12,165 bases of DNA from Candidatus Hydrogenedentota bacterium (GTDB lineage Bacteria; Hydrogenedentota; Hydrogenedentia; Hydrogenedentales; SLHB01). Shown here one piece after another: positions 6,605-12,165 of the stretch (its first letter is position 1; the number at the start of each line of letters is the position of its first letter). The translations under genes were made by a program, and so were the position numbers. The notes beneath the pieces are model-generated. The model saw only the letters and a program-made list of their open reading frames with translations, had not been told where the DNA came from and did not search any database. The stretch is from assembly GCA_034408725.1 (NCBI GenBank), contig JAWXCN010000184.1:1-12165 (forward strand). The letters are read 5' to 3'.

Positions 6605-7429
6605 TCAGGCGGCTCTGGTGCGGGCAGTGCGAGGCTTGCGTTTCTGGAGTGGGGGAACGGCGAGTTGTGTTGCGATGATGCGGTAGACCTCGGGATTCCA
6701 TGCGAGACCGCAGTGGGTGCCGGAAACCTCGAAGTTGGTTTTGGGGTCGCGGTTGACACAGACCTTCCAATCGACGATGCCGTCGGTTTTAGTGAAGATG
6801 GCGGTTTCGCGGACGGTGTCCGGGAAACTTTCGCGCCAGGTGCATGAGAATCCGCAGGCGCATTTGGATGTATAGCACCCGGGTTCGTGCGGCGTTTGCG
6901 CTGGAAAGAGGTGGCGGCGATTGTGGATGCGTTTCCGGACGCGCTCGGCGCTGCCGAGCACCCAGGGATGAACGCGCACACCTCGAACGGGTGAACCGAG
7001 CGTAATCACGCCCGCGACGACATCGGGGTGTTGCATTGCCGCGCCGCGCGCGATTACACCGCCGAGGCTGTGGCCGATCAGTTGTACTCGCTTGCCCGTT
7101 TCGCGGCGCGCGCGCAATATGGTTTTCGACAGATGATCGACAAGTAAGTTGGGGCATTCGGCGTTTTGGCCGATGCGAGACATGTACGGTTGATACCCGA
7201 TTCGCCACAACCAGCCATAAAGTTCCACGAGGTAGAGATCGATTCCAAGGAACCCTGGGACGAGCACGACGGGTGAACCGTCACCTTTGGGAATGCCCCG
7301 GCCATAATAGATGCGCGACGCTTTAAGCCGAATGTAATCTACGCCAAGTAGCGCCTCCCGCCAAATGGGTAGGTCGATTGGCACGTGATCTGTCACTAAT
7401 AACTGGTTCTTTGGCATTGTTTTTGGCAT
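6605..7429 (-). CDS. Alpha/beta-fold hydrolase (lipase/esterase, GxSxG)
   Basis: PVVLVPGFLG oxyanion loop, LIGHSLGG nucleophile, ITLGSP, KTDGIV (Asp), GTHCGL (His). Start at ATG 7429 or 7417; the track's TTG 7486 lies upstream of the likely -10 box. Confidence 0.92.
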   Translation of the reverse strand: MPKTMPKNQLLVTDHVPIDLPIWREALLGVDYIRLKASRIYYGRGIPKGDGSPVVLVPGFLGIDLYLVELYGWLWRIGYQPYMSRIGQNAECPNLLVDHLSKTILRARRETGKRVQLIGHSLGGVIARGAAMQHPDVVAGVITLGSPVRGVRVHPWVLGSAERVRKRIHNRRHLFPAQTPHEPGCYTSKCACGFSCTWRESFPDTVRETAIFTKTDGIVDWKVCVNRDPKTNFEVSGTHCGLAWNPEVYRIIATQLAVPPLQKRKPRTARTRAA

Positions 7430-7468
7430 TGGCTCGACCGGGAAATCTGCACTCGAACTTACAACAAA

Positions 7469-7477
7469 AGTATACCA
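7469..7477 (-). promoter_or_regulatory. Putative extended -10 promoter for the hydrolase
   Basis: Minus strand TG-G-TATACT, 39 nt upstream of ATG 7429. Confidence 0.5.
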
Positions 7478-7491
7478 TCGATTCAATTGGC

Positions 7492-7520
7492 TTGTGCGCC
7501 CGATTCACGGGAAGTATCGT
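7492..7520 (+). promoter_or_regulatory. Putative sigma70 promoter for ndh
   Basis: TTGTGC (7492-7497), 17 nt, TATCGT (7515-7520). Confidence 0.4.
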
Positions 7521-7581
7521 GGGGCACGAATTTGTTCCGTATTCAGTCCACTGCGCAGATATTCCGCGGAAGGAGGCTGTA

Positions 7582-8862
7582 TTGTCCGTCGAGCACCACG
7601 TCGTGATTGTTGGCGGGGGTTTTGGGGGGTTAAACGCCGCGATTGCATTGCGTCGCGCGCCCATGCGGGTGACATTGGTGGACAAACGAAACTTTCACCT
7701 TTTTCAGCCCTTGTTGTACCAGGTGGCGACGGGCGCGTTGTCCCCTGCGAATATTGCCTCGCCGTTGCGCGGGGTTTTGAAGCGTCAACGCAACACGACC
7801 GTTATTCTCGAAGAAGTCATTGCATTCGACCCGGCGAACCGGCTGCTGCATTTCAAGGATGGGACCCGTATTTCGTATGACACGCTCATCGTTGCCGCCG
7901 GCGTGGGGCACTCGTATTTTGGAAACGAGGCGTGGGAGGAGCTTGCGCCCGGACTTAAATCGATTGAAGAAGCGACTGAAATTCGGCGCCGGTTTCTTTT
8001 GGCGTTCGAGGAAGCGGAGCGCGAAACCGATCCGGAGCGCGTTAAATCGCTTTTGACCTTTGTCATTGTTGGCGCGGGGCCGACGGGCGTTGAGCTGGCC
8101 GGCGCGATCAAAGAGGTAGCGGTACATACACTCTTTGATAACTTCCGGACAATTAAGCCCAGTGATGCGCGGGTCATTCTGGTGGAGCATAACGAGCGCG
8201 TCCTACCGCCGTTTCCTCACGATTTATCCCAAAAAGCACTGGAATCTCTGGAGCGTCTGGGCGTGCAGGTAAAACTAGGGACGCTCGTGGTTGGAATCCG
8301 TCCGGGTGAAGTCGAACTTCGTTGTGGGGAAGAAAGCGAAACCATTAAGGCGCAGACCGTGCTGTGGGCGGCAGGGGTCGGCGCGACACAGGTCGCGCGC
8401 GAATTGGCGCAGGCAACTGGGGCGAAAACAGACCGTGGCGGGCGAATCACGGTCGAGCGCGATCTTTCCGTAAACGGGCATCCGGAAATTTTTGTCATTG
8501 GCGACATGGCCGCGTGCGCCGATGAAGACGGCAACCCGTTGCCGGGAGTTGCCCAGGTAGCAATTCAGCAGGGGAAGTACGTCGCGAAACTTGTCGCCGG
8601 GAAACTATCAGGCGGAACGCTGCCGCCATTTCGTTATCGGGATCGCGGGAGCATGGCGACCATCGGGCGGGCGCGTGCCGTGGCGCAGATTTCGCGGCTC
8701 CACGTTTCCGGGTTCATTGCGTGGATCATGTGGCTATTCATTCATCTGATGTATCTGGTGCAGTTTCAAAACCGGGTGCTCGTGTTAATGCAATGGTCGT
8801 GGAGCTACTTATCCTGGAACCGGTCTGCGCGATTGATCACGGGGCGTCAGGATTTAAAATAG
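7582..8862 (+). CDS. ndh: Type II NADH:quinone oxidoreductase (NDH-2), 426 aa
   Basis: VVIVGGGFGG, FQPLLYQVATG, GLKSIEEA, VIVGAGPTGVELAG, LWAAGV, IGD, quinone-site AQVAIQQG, GSMATIGR. TTG start at 7582 with AGGAGG (7571-7576). Confidence 0.95.
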   Translation: MSVEHHVVIVGGGFGGLNAAIALRRAPMRVTLVDKRNFHLFQPLLYQVATGALSPANIASPLRGVLKRQRNTTVILEEVIAFDPANRLLHFKDGTRISYDTLIVAAGVGHSYFGNEAWEELAPGLKSIEEATEIRRRFLLAFEEAERETDPERVKSLLTFVIVGAGPTGVELAGAIKEVAVHTLFDNFRTIKPSDARVILVEHNERVLPPFPHDLSQKALESLERLGVQVKLGTLVVGIRPGEVELRCGEESETIKAQTVLWAAGVGATQVARELAQATGAKTDRGGRITVERDLSVNGHPEIFVIGDMAACADEDGNPLPGVAQVAIQQGKYVAKLVAGKLSGGTLPPFRYRDRGSMATIGRARAVAQISRLHVSGFIAWIMWLFIHLMYLVQFQNRVLVLMQWSWSYLSWNRSARLITGRQDLK

Positions 8863-8890
8863 TTGAACTTCGCACATCGAATGCTGACTG

Positions 8891-9026
8891 CTAGTGTCCC
8901 GAGTTTGAGATTCGTTCGATATGAAGTTTGGACCTTACATCCCCCTAAATCCCTCTTCAAAGGGGGACTTTGAAGATCGGATTATGCGCGTGACTTTTGC
9001 CAAGGATTTGGGATTCATGACACTAG
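8891..9026. mobile_element. MITE-like non-autonomous element, 136 bp, CTAGTGTC...GACACTAG
   Basis: Perfect 8-bp terminal inverted repeat extending imperfectly (CTAGTGTCccGAgT vs CTAGTGTCatGAaT), CTAG at both ends, no credible coding capacity, located between convergent genes. Confidence 0.65.
8939..8970. repeat. REP-like hairpin ATCCCCCTAAATCCCTCTTCAAAGGGGGACTT
   Basis: AGGGGGA can pair with either TCCCCCT (8940-8946) or TCCCTCT (8950-8956). Confidence 0.6.
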
Positions 9027-9589
9027 TAGCACGCCCCGCCCAGGCATTTCATCGCGATATGACCGACGATGAGATGCACGTCTTCCGCCCATTGCATGTC
9101 GCGGATGTTGGCATGCACAACGTGCTTTACCACTGATTCCAGTTTGCCGCCGGGATACCCGCAGAATCCGACGGTTTCCGCGCCATGTTCGTTTGCGAAT
9201 TTCATGGCGCGAAGGATATTTTCAGAATTGCCGCTGCCGGAAATGCCGATGACAACGTCGCCGGGATTGAAGAAGTTTTTGAGTTGCTCGACGAATACGT
9301 CGTCGTAGCCGACGTCATTGGCATACGCAAGCACGGCGGCGTCGTTATCGTTCAGGCACATCATTCTGAACCGTTTGTCGCGTTTGTAGCTCGCGCCCTT
9401 TACGAGGTCGCCGGTGATGTGGGAAGCATTCGCGCCGGAACCGCCATTACCGAAAATGAATATCTGGCGGCTTTCGTCTCGCGCGCTGTCAAGCAATGCG
9501 CAGAAATTGCTGATTTGGTCCCGATCCAGGTTTTCGAGCACGCGGACGAGTCCCGCGAGATAGTCATTGACGGGCTGAACATACGACAT
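9023..9589 (-). CDS. gmhA: SIS-domain phosphoheptose (sedoheptulose-7-phosphate) isomerase, 188 aa
   Basis: FGNGGSGANASH, AYANDVGYDDVFVEQL, GDVVIGISGSGNSENI, MQWAEDVH; ATG 9589 with AAGGA upstream; adjacent to a GmhB-containing gene. Confidence 0.9.
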   Translation of the reverse strand: MSYVQPVNDYLAGLVRVLENLDRDQISNFCALLDSARDESRQIFIFGNGGSGANASHITGDLVKGASYKRDKRFRMMCLNDNDAAVLAYANDVGYDDVFVEQLKNFFNPGDVVIGISGSGNSENILRAMKFANEHGAETVGFCGYPGGKLESVVKHVVHANIRDMQWAEDVHLIVGHIAMKCLGGACY

Positions 9590-9670
9590 TGCGCGCAATT
9601 CCTTTTGAGTTCGACAGGCGCTGGAAGGGGTAGTTTATCGCATCGGGCGAGACGAATCACGCCGTGGTTC

Positions 9671-9696
9671 CGATTACGAGGACGATTACGATTACG
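9671..9696. repeat. Intergenic hexamer tandem repeat (CGATTA)n
   Basis: CGATTA CGAGGA CGATTA CGATTA CG between the fusion gene stop and gmhA. Confidence 0.7.
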
Positions 9697-9716
9697 GGAG
9701 GTGGCGGGTTGTCCAC

Positions 9717-11606
9717 TTATTGGGAAGGTAGGGGAGACAGGGGAGAGAGGCGCACGGTCAAATCTACGAGATCGATCTGCTGCCGCACGGCGTGCCATTC
9801 CTCGCAGCGCGCGCGGCCGACGGCCTCTTCAATGGCGTCCGCGCGTTTGCCCATCCAACCATAAATCAGGGTAAGCCGGTCTTCCAACACAAAATCGTGC
9901 GCATCAACGTAGACGGAAAAGTCTATCCGCGATCGCAGTCCTGGCGGACAGGCATACAACCCTTCAATGATATTGATTTCGGCAGTGTCGTCCAGCGGGC
10001 GGTTGTCTACGGTGATGCAGTGCGGTTCGCCCAGTGCGAAGGAATCGACCATTTGATCATACGTTTCCGGTCCACCAATCAGCGCGCCTTCACCGCCGTG
10101 AAAGCGGCGCCAGTCGTCGCAACAGAGATGATTTACGGAAAGGCCGACACGGCGAAGACGGCGGGCGACGTCGTGTGCGAGCATTGTTTTCCCGCTTGCC
10201 TGGGGGCCGCACACGGTTAGCGTGAACGGTTTGTCTTCGTTTCCGCTTCGTTTCGCCTTGATATCCTGAATGACATAGACGGCTTCGGGTACACCGTAGA
10301 TGGCGTAGTGCGCCGCTTCGCAAACGTCATTGAACATCAACAGTGGCTCGACACCTCCGATGCAATCGCGGCAGGCGCGGCCAGTGCGCACGCCGTATGC
10401 AAAGGCGCCGGCACGTTGCGCGGCAACGACGTCGCGTTGGGTGTCTCCGATAAAGCACGAATCGGCAAGCGTGATGGGAAGTTCCTGTGCCGCGCGGAGT
10501 AGCATGCCAGGTTTTGGTTTGCGGCATTCGCATGCGATCTTCAGTTCCGGCACTTCACCGGGAAATCCTTCTTCGGGATGGTGCGGGCAATGATAAATGC
10601 GGTCCAGTTTTGCGCCGTGCTCGCCCAACTCCGTTTCCAGCTTTGCGAAAATGCGTTCAAGATACTTGGGCGTCATGAAGCCCTTGGCAACGGCGGACTG
10701 GTTTGTCACGACGATTGCTAGTTGTCCGGCGTCATTCACAATTTTTACCGCGTCCGCCGCACGCGGTAGTAATTCGAGTTCGTCGATATGCGTGACACCG
10801 CGCCCGCCGCGTTCAACATTGAGTACGCCGTCGCGGTCGAAAAAAACCGCGGGGCGCGGATTCGACCAATGCAGCGTTTCCAAAAGCCCGGCAATAATAT
10901 CCGCTTCTACGCGCGCAAGGCGTTCCGCTGTACCCACGTCTCTTAAGTATTCCGGCGTGTTGTATGCGCGGAGGCGTTCGCCAACGGATATCATGTGCGG
11001 GAAAATATCGTTGTTCAGGTCCTGTTTTTTGTCTGGCTCGATGAAATTCACAACGCGCGGTGAAAGACAATATACCGAGCCAAACACGAGGTTACGGTAG
11101 TACCCCGGTGGACGATTGCCGCGCGGCATGATCGCGGTCACGCACTCATTTTCGTCCACCGCGACGAGGTCCGAATCGTAAGGGTGATCGTTGGGGTGCA
11201 CGACAATAGTTGCCGCCGCGAGCGAGCCGATGTGGACGGCCGACAAGCGTTCCAGGTCCATGTCCACGGCGATATCGCCGCAGAGGAATAAATAGTGATC
11301 GTTGCCAAGGAGTTCGCGCGCCGCGGGAAGTCCGCCTGCCGTGCCGAGGGGTTTATCCTCGATTAGAAAATGTGTCTGCATGCCGAGGCTCGAGGCCATT
11401 GGGGCGATGGCTTCGCGCAATTGTCCGGATAGGTGGCCCGCAAGCAGGATTACTTCATTGACGTCATACCGGTGCAACAGTCTGAGTTGCCGGAACACAA
11501 TCGGCTCACCGCCTACCGGAACCAGCGCCTTTGGCAACTGGTCTCCCGTGACGGACCGGATGCGTGTCCCCAACCCACCTGCCGCAATTACTGCCTTGGT
11601 TATCAT
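9717..11606 (-). CDS. Three-domain fusion: sugar-1-phosphate nucleotidyltransferase (HddC-like) + HAD-IIIA heptose-1,7-bisphosphate phosphatase (GmhB-like) + C-terminal P-loop kinase-like domain, 629 aa
   Basis: AVIAAGGLGTRI..LPKALVPV, EDKPLGTAGG, CGD, DVGT; FFDRDGVLN, VVTNQ, CPHHP..CECRKPKPG, IGD; CGPQASGKT, DDW, IIEG, DFSVYVD. ATG 11606 with GAAGGCGGA upstream; the track's 43-aa extension is unlikely. Confidence 0.92.
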   Translation of the reverse strand: MITKAVIAAGGLGTRIRSVTGDQLPKALVPVGGEPIVFRQLRLLHRYDVNEVILLAGHLSGQLREAIAPMASSLGMQTHFLIEDKPLGTAGGLPAARELLGNDHYLFLCGDIAVDMDLERLSAVHIGSLAAATIVVHPNDHPYDSDLVAVDENECVTAIMPRGNRPPGYYRNLVFGSVYCLSPRVVNFIEPDKKQDLNNDIFPHMISVGERLRAYNTPEYLRDVGTAERLARVEADIIAGLLETLHWSNPRPAVFFDRDGVLNVERGGRGVTHIDELELLPRAADAVKIVNDAGQLAIVVTNQSAVAKGFMTPKYLERIFAKLETELGEHGAKLDRIYHCPHHPEEGFPGEVPELKIACECRKPKPGMLLRAAQELPITLADSCFIGDTQRDVVAAQRAGAFAYGVRTGRACRDCIGGVEPLLMFNDVCEAAHYAIYGVPEAVYVIQDIKAKRSGNEDKPFTLTVCGPQASGKTMLAHDVARRLRRVGLSVNHLCCDDWRRFHGGEGALIGGPETYDQMVDSFALGEPHCITVDNRPLDDTAEINIIEGLYACPPGLRSRIDFSVYVDAHDFVLEDRLTLIYGWMGKRADAIEEAVGRARCEEWHAVRQQIDLVDLTVRLSPLSPLPSQ

Positions 11607-11763
11607 GCTTCCGCCTTCTATCGCCCTGCCAAATCCGCTAAAGCTCGAATGCGCCCCAAGCCTACTGTAGGCACTGGAGTCCGTGCAAGGCACGTTGCTT
11701 AAATGTGAAAGATAAATTAGACTCGTGCCTTCCAATAGTGTTGCTTGTTGATGGAGAAGTTAT

Positions 11764-12165
11764 ATGCCGGTCAAAGTTGTCACGACCGAAATTCCCGATG
11801 TGTTGCTGATTGAGTCGCCGGTCTATCGCGACAATCGCGGCTATTTTACGGAGGTATTCGCCTCCCAAAATTGGAATGATGCGGGTCTCCCCACGGAATT
11901 TGTGCAGGACAACCTGAGCCAGTCCGGGCGCGGCACCCTCCGGGGACTGCACTACCAAATCGAGCCGCACGGTCAGGGGAAGCTCGTGCATGCGTTCGCG
12001 GGGGCGGTATACGACGTTGCGGTAGATTTGCGGAACGGTTCGCCAACGTATGGGAAGTGGGTGGGCAGGGAGCTTCGCGGCGGGTCCGGCCTTGCCATGT
12101 GGATTCCGGCGGGCTTTGCCCACGGCTTTATCGCGCTCGAGGATGACTCACTGCTCTTTTACAAG
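11764..12165 (+). CDS. rmlC: dTDP-4-dehydrorhamnose 3,5-epimerase, partial (runs off the right edge)
   Basis: Not in the ORF track. Manual translation MPVKVVTTEIPDVLLIESPVYRDNRGYFTE...FVQDNLSQS.RGTLRGLHYQ...QGKLV...GAVYDVAVDLRNGSPTYGKW...MWIPAGFAHGF..L...LLFYK; GGAG at 11753-11756. Confidence 0.96.
   Translation, partial: MPVKVVTTEIPDVLLIESPVYRDNRGYFTEVFASQNWNDAGLPTEFVQDNLSQSGRGTLRGLHYQIEPHGQGKLVHAFAGAVYDVAVDLRNGSPTYGKWVGRELRGGSGLAMWIPAGFAHGFIALEDDSLLFYK

Noticed and set aside
7410-7431. 12-nt-period duplication TTTGGCATTG giving MPKT-MPKN
   Set aside because: Only two copies; just makes the lipase start ambiguous.
7492-7510. Possible Rex operator upstream of ndh (TTGTG...CAC)
   Set aside because: Spacing is 9 nt rather than the 8 nt of TTGTGAA-N4-TTCACAA, and the arms match poorly.
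7378-7581. 68-aa N-terminal extension of NDH-2 with a hydrophobic start
   Set aside because: Overlaps the divergent lipase start and promoters; AGGAGG-TTG at 7582 gives a normal NDH-2 N-terminus.
8921-9136. ORF 8921..9136 (+)
   Set aside because: Spans the MITE and antisense gmhA; the PLNPSSKGDF peptide is just the translated hairpin repeat.
11688-11702. AGGCACGTTGCTTAA as a sigma54 promoter for rmlC
   Set aside because: Good -24 half, but AA replaces the required GC at -12.
11662-12123. Minus-strand ORFs 11662..12123 and 11846..12046
   Set aside because: Antisense to rmlC.
1-12165. CRISPR arrays, tRNA/rRNA genes, riboswitches, integron attC sites
   Set aside because: No repeat-spacer periodicity or recognisable RNA gene motifs seen by eye; an Rfam/Infernal scan of 442-647 and 1449-1595 would be needed to exclude ncRNAs.

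Overview
Bacterial, GC-rich accessory/metabolic region, mostly on the minus strand. From left to right: the 5' end of a secreted coiled-coil protein (off the left edge); a ~30-codon relic resembling a type I restriction enzyme HsdR C-terminus; a 33-aa Phe-rich acidic small protein with its own promoter and RBS; a sigma54-preceded PEP-CTERM protein with a Trp/His/Asp repeat; a bifunctional enoyl-CoA hydratase/3-hydroxyacyl-CoA dehydrogenase; a three-gene operon (LRAT/NC-domain enzyme, TMEM164-like membrane protein, Gly-zipper membrane protein); a 5'-truncated repeat-domain gene fused to an IS3-family remnant with an intact frameshift signal; a GxSxG lipase divergent from ndh; a 136-bp CTAG-bounded MITE-like element; gmhA plus a three-domain nucleotidyltransferase/GmhB/P-loop fusion; and the 5' part of rmlC (off the right edge). 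The best candidates for undescribed systems are (i) a two-gene nucleotide-heptose pathway in which a P-loop domain may replace HddA and (ii) a tandem Cys-acyltransferase lipid-remodelling operon. All family calls come from motif recognition by eye; no searches were run.
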